Source: Phoronis australis (taxonomy: Eukaryota; Animalia; Phoronida). From it: a stretch of 64,000 nt of DNA. The stretch lies in assembly GCA_002633005.1 (NCBI GenBank), contig NMRA01000194.1, positions 623,074-687,073 on the forward strand. The letters run 5' to 3'. Made by a program: the position numbers and the translations under genes. Below the pieces are notes generated by a model that was not told the DNA's origin, did no database searches, and was given only the letters and a program-made list of their open reading frames with translations. Below are positions 46,601-59,400 of the stretch, one piece after another; position 1 is the first letter of the stretch; every line of letters begins with the position of its first letter.

Positions 46601-49600
46601 AGTGAAAATAAATTGTTGTCCAAGAAATAATAATACTGTAAAAGTCACAGTGGACTTCTTTCACGAAATTACAGATTTTGAATGTACTTTTCCTATTTCA
46701 GTATCAGATCCCATAATTTTAATACTGTTGCTTGTTAACTACCAAATATTAAGATTATAACTCATTTAATTCAACAATTCTGGCTACAAATTGATTTACA
46801 ATCATTTTGCAGTAGACATGTTCAAGTAGTTGGTCATTCTTTCTGAAAGTGGGGCTACTCGTTTTCCAGAAACGATAAACATGGCATGCAGCAAGTCAGA
46901 GAAACAGAGCAATGGCATAATTTAGCAAAAAAAGTAAGACAATTCCTAGACCATTTTTATGTCATTTATAGCTTAAAAATAGTGAAACTGAATATGCCGA
47001 AGGAAAATAAAGCAATTTCATGGTAGCAAAAATGAATTTCTCTGTTTTTGAAAATGGAAAGTCTTTCACAAGTAGAGGGCTTGATGAGTCAAAAACCTGA
47101 ACACACTTTTAGGAAACTTGAGACACAGCAAGCGTTGAACAGAATGTTACAAACATTAATTCAGCAGAACACAACGTAATATGGCGGGACAGAGAACATT
47201 GGTCATATTTCAGGCAACACAAAATTCTTAACGTCCACAATATTTCTAGAATCAAGATTTCACAGTGTGTGTGTGTGTGTGTGTGTATGTGTGTGTGTGT
47301 GCGCGCGCACGCGCGCGATACAAAAATACAAGAAAATTTGCATGTTCACCGACAATATTTATTGGGACACACAATAAATTTTGGTACTTGCAAATTGTTG
47401 AAAAACTGCAATCAAAATTTTCAGACATGTCGTGAAAAGGTCGCACATCAGTTGTGCATATGATCTAAATTTTCACGATAAAAGCCATATCCTGCAACCC
47501 AAATGAGGCAACTGCAAACCTCAGCGAACCTCTTTTAAGACTTCTCTTGAATGTCGTTCACAACTGACCTCAAGTCTTGAAGTTGTGCAATTAACAACCT
47601 ACCCAAGGTATCTTTCTCGGCCCGCCGTGCGTGCAGATAGCGCCTCCGTTTTTCCTTCAGAATGTGCTGTAGTCGTTTAAACTGGTCTATGTAAAGTGAC
47701 TGCAGCCTAATCAGCTTATCTCGGGTGATAAGGGCTACCTCTTCTGCTGTGTACACTGACGCATGTCTGCAATAGCGTAGAAGCAAACAATAAGTTTTAC
47801 CATGGCAATCGTCCTCATATGATGACTTTTAACATTGGAGTGGACAATGTGTATACAGAGAATAAAGTGTGCACCAACAATTTAACATTGGAGAGGACAA
47901 CATGTATACAGAGAATAAAGTGTGCACCAACAATTTAACATTGGAGTGAACAATATGTATACAGAGAATAAAGTGTGCACCAACAATTTAACATTGGAGT
48001 GAACAATATGTATACAGAGAATAAAGTGTGCACCAACAATTTAACATTGGAGTGAACAATATGTATACAGAGAATAAAGTGTGCACCAACAATTAAATTG
48101 GAAATAACATACTTCCAGATATGATAGAATATCTCATTTTAGTTATCACGATAAAGTCAGATTAACAGTAGATGGTGATCATGGGTGAGAACAAATGATC
48201 GCTTAGACACTCCTTGAAATATTCTTTTGCTTAGCTCATCCTACCCTAACATTCCCTGAGATGGGTAGGCACCGCAGTAAAGCATTTATTTCCTCACTTT
48301 CATTGTCAGGCACAATCAGTTTTGCTTCAAAATATTTAATCACAATTTAAACAATTCTTTTGCCAGAACGAAAGGAGAACGATTTAAGCTGAGAGCAGAT
48401 TTTACTGTAGACACCTCAAGAGGGAACAAATATATAATTCTAATTTACACCTTACCACAAATAACTCTGACGATAAAATACTCTTAAGGAAATATGAGTG
48501 AGAGCATATTTGCCGCTCGCATGCCCGGATTTGGGCTCATAAATGCCAACGACCACCAAAAAAAAACACGTTAGACGTACGAATGAGGCCAATTTTCTAC
48601 TCATATTTTTTACTCTTCACTCCCTGGTATTTACAGGTAAAATAATAAAAAATGTCTGAAGTGTAAAATACTGTAAACATGTTCCCATTAAATAAAAAAT
48701 TCTATTTGTAGTTAACTATGAATAGGATAGTTAACTTACATTTCACACCTCATTTGGCACAGCAATTTTCTTCAAAATGGAGGTCGACAGAACCCTGCCA
48801 GACTTGGATGAACTTCTTGCCAGAATTATGTGGCAGTTTAGTCAAACATTTGATATTGAAATAGCATTTTTGTTGAACTTCAGCCATAGTGTATTGTCAC
48901 ATTATTGAGCCCAGCCCTCAATTATTTGAGAATGGACTCAAGATTTTGTAAACATTTAGCCGGAATTGAGATGGGTAGTAGTCGAAAACAAATACTTCTT
49001 TATCAGTTGGAACTGTCAATTTTTGACATTGTCCAATTTATTTTGAAAATTACTGCGTGTAGTTCAAGTCTGCATTTGAAGAACAGAATGTCTAGCAGCA
49101 TACCTGAGTGGGTCTTCTTGGTCACTGTCTATACTCTCGGCATCACTCTCAACATCCCCCCTCCAGGCTTGGTCCACTAAGGGCTGATCAGTATCCGAGT
49201 CACTTGAACTACCGTAATCTGTAAACAAGAGGAGAGCAGTGCCAGTCTAGGCTACTTCTGATATATTCTTACTACTCAAACTTTTTTTGTTCAGATTTTT
49301 AGTTAAAGTTAATGACACGTCACAAATTTAATAAAAATTTGAATCACTCTAGTGTCACGGTTTCAGGGAAATAATGAAAGAAACACTACATGTTGATGTT
49401 AAAAAATGTCATTATGCAAAATCTGGAGTGTAGGTACTGTGTAAACTATGGGCATATCACAGGATTGAAGGAGTAGGGACTATAATAGTGAGCACATAGG
49501 AGACTCTCAGGAAGCAATGAGGACAGACCAGGTGCAACTCTTGACTCTGGCTGTACCAAGAGTTACATCTTCTATTCTGCTAAATTATCCCCTCATCCTC

Positions 49601-51585
49601 AAGAAGCCACTAGTAACCAGTCCCACATGAACAGTCGCCATGTTACAACTTGGAAGTCTCCCATTGCAACAGTTAACACACAAGAGCATCATAAAAACAA
49701 CAAAAAGATTGTTGAACACACTATTAGAGGGTAATACAGTAAAATGAAAGTGCTCAAGAGAGCGACACTTACTGAAATTAAGTGAGAAATCAGGATAATG
49801 ATGATGATGATGAAGAAGATTATTTAAATATGTGTGTCTCTTTTGAGCGCAGTGTAAAAAACAAAAAATGCAATTGTTAAGTGCCATTTTGAAAACATTC
49901 ACCGACTTGGATATGATAAAGCAATATGGTCTGTCATTTGCTTCTGCTCTGGATTAAAATTATACCCACGGTCAATGTTCATTACTTTAATATCCACGGT
50001 CAATGTGGATAACACTTATATCCACGGTCAATGTGGATAACACTTATATCCACGGTCAATGTGGATAACACATATACCCACGGTCAATGTGCATTACACT
50101 TAAACCCACGGTCAATGTGCATTACACTTATACCCACGGTCAATGTGCATTACACTTACACCCATGATTTGACTAGTGCACTGGTTGCAGTTTTACTGTT
50201 ACTAGCACATTTTCCAAGATCTCCAAACAATACATAAAAAAACATGAAGATATCCAAATCAGGAACACAAGTCATGTTAGCAAAACCACACAGAAACGGA
50301 AATGAAGACAAGAAAGAAGCAAAGCTCACTTTTACCCTTGAAAATACCTAGAATGCGACTAGTCACATTGTCTGCACTAGGTCGCGCTCTGCGACCATCC
50401 GAGGTACCGGGCAACTGGTGTCCCGAGCTGTAGTGTTCTATCTGCTCCAACAGGGTCTCTGCAGTCTCCTTTGGCTTCTTCTTCTGATTTGCCTTCATTC
50501 GTGACATGACCATCTTCTTCGCATGCTCAATACACTGTCTGTAAGCACCACAAAAGGATGATGACCAATGCCTTCAATTTCAGACAGACAGAACACATAT
50601 TTACTGCATTGCCTTCCCATTCCCACCTCAAGAGATTCACAGTACTGCAGCAAATTTCCCGAGTCCTTCCAAATGTCAATAATCTATGCTAAAAATGAAA
50701 CGGCACCTTTTCACCATTTACCTTCTGTTGAGAAATATCAAAGCACAAATTTCCACTTTTGTGCCATCTTATGTCCCCAACACAAAAATCTTAACGGTAA
50801 TCTAGCTTGGGATATTTAAAGATAAATAGACTATGTTATGTTTTGAAGAAAATCTCTTTCTACAATTAACAATTAACAAGCAAAAGTAGAACATTTTTAA
50901 AACAATTCCTAACAGCATATGGGAGAACAGTGCATAAAAACAGTATCTGAAAATTTCATGTGAATCTGATAAACCCTCTGAGATAAAATGTTCCAAAGTT
51001 AAACAAATTTGGACATTTTGCCTAGGTTGGTCCTAGATAACCATAACCTGTTCCTTACTTTTAGAGATGGTTTCATATGACTTGGAAGAACTGGGTTTGT
51101 TGCTGCTCAATATTAGGTTCAATATGTTGGCTTAAAACAGAGAGTCGCTCTATGTCTGAGCATGGTCTTGAGCACTTTCAGTTATTCCAAAGCCCAGTAA
51201 TCATTCCTCATTTGAGTAAGACACAAATCTATGTCGCTGTCACACTGTAAGTACTCTATGAAAAAGCTTCATTCTTTACAGCCTTGGGTTGGTTTCTAGC
51301 CACTTTCAGTGCCTCATTACGGATGTGGTTGGGAAGTGAACATTTAGTAATATTGTGACAGTGCAATAAGTACCCATCTTTCTTGTCCGTCTTCAGTGCA
51401 GCATTGTGACATCGCTTCCCGTTTTTGTTGGAGACGTATGTGCACTGTTTATACGGGCTGTTCTTGTCTTCCAAGATATGTCTGAGGCAATAGTCAAATC
51501 CATCCAGTTTCTTCTGCATACAGACACGGTGCGAGTACTGGCATAGGGCGCCCTCTACAGTCACCTTTTGTCGCCTCACAGCCAT
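43682..51585 (-). CDS. KANSL2: KAT8 regulatory NSL complex subunit 2, 9 coding exons
   Basis: Exons 51585-51374 ([29 protein letters not shown], zf-C3Hc3H type), 50538-50348, 49218-49104 ([13 protein letters not shown]), 47766-47603 ([42 protein letters not shown]), 46580-46489, 45988-45835 ([12 protein letters not shown]), 45268-45108, 44742-44653, 43831-43682 (IDVV WDR5-binding-like motif, TGA). All phases join in frame; the last two exons are less certain. Confidence 0.93.
45269..45834 (-). other. U12-type GT-AG intron in KANSL2
   Basis: Minus-strand 5' splice site GTATCCTTTG at 45834; branch-site TTTCTTTAAC (45288-45279) 10 nt before the intron end (gatggaccag); splicing gives FCTE-H-VLQD in frame. 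Confidence 0.88.
47265..47318. repeat. (GT)n followed by (GC)n microsatellite
   Basis: gtgtgt...gtgcgcgcgcacgcgcgcg, directly visible. Confidence 0.9.
47828..48092. repeat. Minisatellite, 53 bp x5 (KANSL2 intron)
   Basis: Unit tttaacattggagtgaacaatatgtatacagagaataaagtgtgcaccaacaa at 47828, 47881, 47934, 47987, 48040. Confidence 0.95.
49961..50165. repeat. Minisatellite, 28 bp x about 7 (KANSL2 intron)
   Basis: Unit ta(t/c)ccacggtcaatgtg(g/c)at(a/t)acactta repeated. Confidence 0.92.
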
Positions 51586-51879
51586 ATGGGCCTTGGTCTT
51601 TAGGGCAAGAGTAGTTCTGAAAATCAATTCGTACAGGTGAAAGTCAATTGCTATCACTTCAAATGCTTGACGAGTGACAGGTCAAGTTTTAGATTTAGCA
51701 AATTCCCCATAATCTGAATCTAAACTGGGAATGAGGTCTCACCTGAAAAACAGCACATACAGATAGATCCACTATATGTTTCTGATCATTGCAGTCCAAG
51801 GACTTCAGATTTTGGCGAGATGAGTTTGGCTCAACTATGACAAATTTTTTGTATTATACTCAAGTTAAAAAGCTAGCCG

Positions 51880-52400
51880 CATAGGCAAGTAGATCCTAAG
51901 AATGTCTGTTCGACATTTGCTCCAAAGTAACGAACCCCAACACAAGCCTGAAAACCGTCGAAAAAGCCCCTGTGGTCGTCAAAGAAACTCCCGTCTTCGA
52001 ATGAGCACCGAAAGGAAAATAGAACGAGTGTGATGCAGCGTGCACAGATGACGCTCACGGTCAAATCCTTTCGATTCTCTGAACGTGCCCTGCAGTTTCT
52101 GAATAAGTTGTCACGTGATACTACTGATCATCTGCACTCTGGCAAAACGTCTAAACGTGGAAGCCGTCCAGGCCTGGATGGCATTGGTTTAGTTGCTAAA
52201 AACGAGTTCAGGAAGAATCAAAGCAATAATATGAAACGAAAAGAGTGCGGGGATGGGTTCCGTCATGGTGAATTAGGTTTTCTGGCCTGCGAGACAGTGA
52301 ACAAGGGATGACGTTTGATTTTTGCCGGCGTTTACCCATGTACGGTTGGAAGCACCGCGTTCGTCAGCGGATTAAGTTAAGATAAGCACAAAAGCTAAAA
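51880..52400. promoter_or_regulatory. CpG-rich putative promoter region upstream of KANSL2 (possibly shared with cyclin T)
   Basis: Locally CpG-rich island between CpG-poor flanks, just upstream of the first KANSL2 coding exon (acceptor at 51616 implies a non-coding upstream exon). Confidence 0.45.
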
Positions 52401-54152
52401 AATCAGTGATTGATAACATATTTTCTACACTACACAGCAGTTTAAAAGGCCTGGTATTTATTCAGGGGGAATTCCAAAGGACATTCTTATGAATTCCTGG
52501 CTCCCGGTGGCGACTCCCGAAAGAAGAGGAATACGGTCTTCGGGATTGCCGCTCTGAAGTCTGAAGGGTGACTTTTTCGCGGTCTATCTATTTTTCAAAA
52601 ATGTAATTATTTATTGAAAATAAAAGTATATGTGGCATTACTATATGTTAAAATTTTTGATTTTAATTTAATACAAGGTACCGATGACCAAAACTGCAAG
52701 ATTTTTACGGATAGCACGAAATTCAGGTTAGCAACAATTCAAGTTTAATGCATGAGGGCGTATAAACTAATGAATACACAGAAGTGTCTAGAGTTCATGC
52801 CCTAGCTCATTTCGGCGCCTGTGAACATGTGACAATGGTTCAGATACCTGAGTTACTCTTTCAATTTGTCTCTCTAGTGTTTTGACACACCTTATAAATA
52901 AATGTTCTATAAAAAGAATCGTTAAAAAAATTGCAACTCGTGTATATAGCGTACACAACACAAGAGGAGGCTCAGCACAGGCAGCCCTACAGTAACACAT
53001 TACCTAGGTGTGCACATGCACGGTGCTATTTGGGATTGGGGCAAGTGAATTCGTTGTTCGGGCAAGTAAAAATTTTAACTACTTGCCCGAAGGGCAAAAG
53101 GCTTAAAAAGTTAATGTTGAGCCCTGGGTTATCCTAGAAACACGTACTTCACTATTAATTAACATTCCCATGGCCATTGGCAAGAACAGAAAGTTCACTG
53201 TGTGCTGCGTGCATTCTCTTCCATTGAACAACCACAATGACCAACCTAGACTCTGTTCAATTGAGACAACTTATTTTTTTAATGAAAGCGAATGCGATAA
53301 AAAATGATAAAGACCGAACTAAGATATGTATACAAAGACTAGGCAGAAGAAATATTTACAAATTAAAAAGCAGACTTAGTAAATAAGAGTTACAACCTGT
53401 ATAGAAAACAAAGTTTCTGACATGTACACTAAAACATGACCTGCACTAACACATAGTCTTGAAATACTTTCACTTTAAATTTTTCAAAGTCATTATGCTC
53501 AAGGCTGCTTTCAGAGAATTTGGAAGGTCATTCCATATTTTTACTCTTGAGTATGTCAAGCTCTAAAATGACCATACTGTTTTGTATTGAAATGAGGAAA
53601 TGAGAGAGTTCGCATGGCAAACACTGTACAAGTGAGGCTTCATCTGGAAGGCACATACCAAACTGCAAGGTCCAATGAAGCTGATATGCTTAAAACTAGC
53701 AGACATAAAATGAGCCGTAGTATTGAGATTCCTGGTAAACAGTTTGGTCTGGCTAGGAGATTGGAGTAGGAGGATACTGAGTCATTGAACACAAGGTGCA
53801 GAGACCTGGCTAGGCAACACGTAGCCCCTCGGTTGGCTGGACAGGGGCTACAATACTTTCCATCGCTTTCTGTACTAATTTCTCACCATGAATTTTAAAT
53901 GGGCCGTATCTGTGGGAAGCAGGCCATACTGTAGTGAAACAGTATTTGATGAGTCTCACTGATGCGCTGGCCTTCTGCCACGTGCGCCCCCTGACGGGCC
54001 CGACTGTTGTTCGTCTTGGAGATTGCCGACGTTGACTGTACCGGCCTTTATGCCGGAGCTGGCCAATAAGGGCACAATATGCATATTCAGTGACTGATAC
54101 ACGTGCTGGTGCGAAGAGCAGCACTTAATCTGCTGACCACTGAACTGAACAG

Positions 54153-55616
54153 CAGGGCTCGACATAACGAGCTGCAGGTCGCATTTGCGACCTGAAATTT
54201 GGAAATGCGAGCTGAGATTTTTGTCAGCTCGTATAAAGTCGCAAAATGCGACCTGGAATTTCCAACGAATGCGAGCTGAGTTTTTACACTTCTCAACAGA
54301 TACCTGGCAAATACAAAGCAGCTCTTGTTAATCCGACCGTTATTTGGTTGTTGCCAAATACAAGTTCAAAAGAACACTAACCGAGAACAGGCCTCCCGAT
54401 GACTTGTAAGCAAGTCGCGTGAACATGGGATATGNNNNNNNNNNNNNNNNNNNNNNNNNNNNNNNNNNNNNNNNNNNNNNNNNNNNNNNNNNNNNNNNNN
54501 NNNNNNNNNNNNNNNNNNNNNNNNNNNNNNNNNNNNNNNNNNNNNNNNNNNNNNNNNNNNNNNNNNNNNNNNNNNNNNNNNNNNNNNNNNNNNNNNNNNN
54601 NNNNNNNNNNNNNNNNNNNNNNNNNNNNNNNNNNNNNNNNNNNNNNNNNNNNNNNNNNNNNNNNNNNNNNNNNNNNNNNNNNNNNNNNNNNNNNNNNNNN
54701 NNNNNNNNNNNNNNNNNNNNNNNNNNNNNNNNNNNNNNNNNNNNNNNNNNNNNNNNNNNNNNNNNNNNNNNNNNNNNNNNNNNNNNNNNNNNNNNNNNNN
54801 NNNNNNNNNNNNNNNNNNNNNNNNNNNNNNNNNNNNNNNNNNNTTAAAAGTCCCCCCTGAAATTTTGAGAATTTCTAATTAAGCGCCCACAGTTCAAGCT
54901 AGCGCCCATCATTGCGCACTACAAACGACCGCGTGTGGTTTAAAATTGACACGCAGCTTATATGGTGTGTGTCAGTTTCATTTTACACAACTTCAGTTTT
55001 CAAAAACGTCTTTTCACAATATGTAAAAACCAAATCTCGGCTTTGTTTTATACCTCGGAAAGAAAGTTAACACTAGTGACGTGCGTGTCGTTTTGCGACT
55101 GACCTATTTTTTCCCGTACTTGGAAGGTATTGAAGAGCAAACTCGCGATTACCCGAGTTAGTTTGAATCGTTAACGACTTTGATGACGGCCAGTAGCAGA
55201 CCAGATCTAACAAAATCCTAGATACTTTTTTCAACGGGCATTTTCTCCCTTTTCACTTCGCAAATTTAGCTACTCGAATGCACAAGTCAGTTAGAGAGCA
55301 CTGATTCAACTTTCACGCCGGCAACTTGGCTTGCGCTCTAGAGACTTTCAATGGCGGTCGTGAAGAACAGTAAGGCCGTACCTGCATGAATGAAGTCAAT
55401 TTTGAGATCCGAAATTTGTGAGCATTTAACGCTGCAGGTAAGAGCATAATCTAAACATTTTCTCGATGATCTAAAAAATCTATTTGGCGCGTTAAAATGG
55501 CGGGAAAATTTTGCGACCTGGCATTTACGAATGCGAGCTGGATTTTGAAAATGCGACCTGGGATTTTGGCTAGGTCGCAAAATGCGACCTGGCGATTTTA
55601 ATAGCGTCGAGCCCTG
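54153..55616. mobile_element. hAT-like non-autonomous element spanning the N-gap, 5-bp TSD AACAG
   Basis: TIR CAGGGCTCGAC / GTCGAGCCCTG; subterminal tgcgacc/tgcgagc repeats at both ends; AACAG at 54148-52 and 55617-21. Confidence 0.85.
54435..54843. other. Assembly gap (run of N)
   Basis: About 409 N. Confidence 1.
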
Positions 55617-56467
55617 AACAGACATAGCTCTTGAACTTCTAGCACTTCTGTTACTGTTTAGCTGTTAACCTATTCTATATCATTGTAAAATGAACTTTTT
55701 ACTTACTTATTTACCTAATTTGTAAGGAGGTGAGGACCATAATTTGCATAAAACATAATTATCACTATTATTTCTAGGGAAGAATTAATGCAGAAGTGCT
55801 CTCCCTGCTCTCTGAGAGTCTTCCAGAGGTGCCGTCCATTATGTGACCTCGTTTAAAATTGGTGCTATGAAACCATGGAGTTTTTCCAGACATTCCCATA
55901 AATCAGAAACAAGGGCCACTGCAGCAATGCTTTACTTGAGTATTGACCTATTTTCGTTTTTGTTACAACACGAGTTATCTCCCATGAAACAGAGAACTTG
56001 AATTTTTCTATTTTGTCGAGTTTTCTTACCAATAAGCAACCACAAACCAAACCACTGAAGCTGAAGTTTTACCTGACAAGGCAAGTACACAAATATTAAA
56101 CAGCCGTACCTGTAATTTTGAGCCATGTTATATATTACGTATTATTTCTTGGAAGTCTTACTTCACTGCCAGAAAATCTACTGCATACGAGGCAATGACC
56201 TAAATTTTGACTCGCTTAATCACGAGGCCGTGTCTGGGAATACTTTTTAAACGTAATTCAGTGAGTCATCATCATTTTCCGTGAAAACTGACAATTTTTA
56301 TCAAAAGTAACATAAATATTTATTTTAAATAATAAATTGATAAATAAAAATTGCAAAAACTATTTGTTAATAAGTATACTCAATATATGATTTTGGTTAA
56401 AACTCTTCTGCCCGTGACTAATCTCATGCTTTGTCTGTCCGTTAGTCCGAGTTATCGGCAAATTTCA

Positions 56468-59400
56468 ATGGCGGGGGTATTAAGATGGGTATTTTCAGAG
56501 TCAAAGGTTTTGAATACCCCCAGCCGAAAATGTGGTATAGACGCCGACAAGGAGTTATCGTATAGACAACAGGCTGCAAACTTTATCCAGGATATTGGAC
56601 AAAGGTTAAATTTGTATCCTTTCGCCAGTTTTGGCTAGTTGAAAATACACAGTCCATTTTCCATGTTCGCCGGTCAATTTTTGAAAATTGATCTTACCAG
56701 TCTCAATTCCGTTAAGTTCTTTGATTATTTCATTGATATGTTAAATACATAGTATCTTTGTTGTTTGACTTGTTGTTTCACCATCCTCGGTGTTGCGTCT
56801 TAAATGTTGAATTTTTGGCATAAGAATTTCTTTGTAAAATCTGCGAGATGATGTGCAAGTTATGGGATTGGATGGTTTTTGTGATTGTTCTATAATTACC
56901 ATGTACTAAGTCCACAGTACCATTACACGGTAAATAGTCGGATAACTGGGTCCCTAGTAACTGGATTTCACATTACTTACCCAGGGCTATTACCCCATTG
57001 CCAATCATTTGGGCCCATTTCGCTTTCAATCATGATTTTTCTTCTTTGATTTGGCAAAGTTCAACCCAATATTGGTCTCTGTAATGTGTCTTTATCGACT
57101 GAGCTGACTGATTAGCCACTTTGTAAGGTATTGGCTCATCCTAATACGGCATGTGTATTGAGGATTTTATGCAAATTATACTTCACCATGGCTAAACCAA
57201 CTAAGTCATATTTCAAGTTTCGTTCGAGCACAGAGGGTCACATTGGATTGGAAAGCTGTAAATCCTTCCAATGAGAACAAACACTCACAAAATTTTTTCT
57301 GATATCTCCCTTCATTTGTCAACGAAATTGATAGTTGGCCTCCAATACTTTCAATGTGCTCGAGGCCAAACTGAAATGTACAAAGAGTTATGGGAATATA
57401 ACACATCTGCCAGCCATGCCTGGAGGAGGCAACACAGGTCACAGGTGGGTTTCCTGTGCTGAGAGGAAGCATCACAGGTGGGTTGCCTGTGTTTTCCTTT
57501 GAATGTGTCACATTATGTAAAGGATTACTATAGGCATTATCTATGTTGCTCTCTAATTGGTTGAATAATTGTGCAATTCTTCAAAATGAAGCCCTAGTTC
57601 TTGCTGTATGTTAAGAGTTGGAACATGTTGTGAAGAACACTGTTCCTCCCATGACGTTTCTTTCATGTGTAAGAGTGGTGAGAGAATGCACTCGATGAGA
57701 CTTAATGCTCAGGCGGAGAGTCCTGCCCACTATGTATGTGGTTTTAGCGGCAAGTGATTGGTAAATGAATTATCTCTCATGAATCTACTTTCCTCAACTC
57801 TTGATGTGAAGGCGCCTCCTGGTAACCAACACGGCCATCGTCTATATGCACCGTTTCTACATGTTTCACTCGTTCACCAAGTTCCAGCGTAACATTATTG
57901 CCGCGGCATGCCTCTTTCTGGCGGCTAAGGTGGAGGAGGCACCACGCAAACTCGAACATGTGATCAGAGTCTACCATCGCCTGCTGCACAGGGATGCCCC
58001 ACCACTGGATGTCAAGAGCAACGTAAGTGTCTGCCCTTCACTCATTGGTGTCTTTTGTCGGAATAGACATGTTTGGTGATTGCAGTTCATACCAAGTGGG
58101 GATATTTTATACTTCTGGAACTAGTAACTGGCAGTCACTAATTTTGACTATTACTACTGAGCATAATGTCTTAGTCTACCAAAACTTTTGTACAGTTAAA
58201 AAAACTTGTCTCAGTTTTGTCCATAATTACTTAAAACTGCATATCACTTTTTTAGCTAGCTAAAAAAATGAAAATTAAATCAGTCCTACAGTATTCCTTA
58301 CTATGGTAGGATTCTGTTTCTGTTGCCAACAAAACATCAGAACCATCAGTGACTCAAGAAAATGCTTCAGAGTTTATTGAGGTTGGCTAAAATTGGCAAT
58401 TCGAAAATGGCATGTCAAGGCATTGCCTTTGACTCGAGTTGCTGGCTCATTTGTCCACGATTCAAGATTGGGTGAGCTTAGAAATTTTTTAAGCTGCCAA
58501 GGTGCTTCAGTTAATAATTCAAAATTGATAGCTAAGCATTGGCGAAATGCAGTTTTAAATTAAAAGTGATTTCTGGTGCTTGAGATGAGTCTAAGCTAGT
58601 TTGACCTGACTGGTCAGTTCACGTGCCAAGCATACCCTCAAAGAGCAAAGAACTGTGAAACAACCAAAACTTATTTTTGTACAGATGATGAGTGTAGCTT
58701 CTTCAGCCTTTTTTGGCTAGAATGTGTGAGCATTGAACTCGTAGCTTGACCAGACTCATCCACTCATGTGTTTCCCCTTTAAAACAGGAATACCTGGAGA
58801 AAGTACAAGAACTGGTCATCAATGAAAACATTTTACTTCAAACTTTGGGTAGGTATCAGTGTAAATGTGCTTTTGTTATTCAATCTTCATCAGTCCATGA
58901 CCTTCATTCATGGTGATGGATAGACATATTCCGGGAAAGTGATAGAATCAAGGTATTCTTCGTTTCCTTGTGATGTTGAACCAAGTAGTTTCTTTCTGTC
59001 TGCTACACACTGAGCAGTTTTCACGTGAGACTGTGTCTTTGTGTCATTTAGTGCATCCAAGCTCAATGGACAAATATTGACTATTAACATGGATATAAAT
59101 ACTGTATCAGTTGTAAGAAATAAAATAAATGGAAATCACCGCTTTGTTCCTTATTTCCCAATATACATTGTGCGCGTCATTCTGTGCTGTTTTCATGGGC
59201 CCCAAGAAATTATGAAATTTTGAAGGTTGTGTTCAGAGGAGAGTGGAGGGTGAACACTGGTAAGGTCCGTAAAAAAGACAAGAATTGGTTGAAATCAAGA
59301 CATTTTTCATTCGCTGTCCTTGAAAAAACACAAAGGAGCTATGTTGGTCGGAGATACGTAGCACTGACACTCCACTGTCCCCATTACTATTCCACATTCA

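Larger units (their letters stand above)
53270..56100 (-). mobile_element. Degraded L2/CR1 LINE 3' part, interrupted by a MITE
   Basis: Minus frames KLDKIEKFKF (56030), IKYCFTTVW...LVQKA (53950) and RVKIWNDLPNSLKAALS..LK (53540), typical of the LINE RT C-terminus. Confidence 0.55.

Noticed and set aside
47828-48092. Regular repeat arrays (also 49961-50165) as possible CRISPR arrays
   Set aside because: Head-to-tail units with no unique spacers, no cas genes, eukaryotic introns: these are minisatellites.
54419-54860. 142-aa ORFs in the track
   Set aside because: Artefacts of the N-gap.
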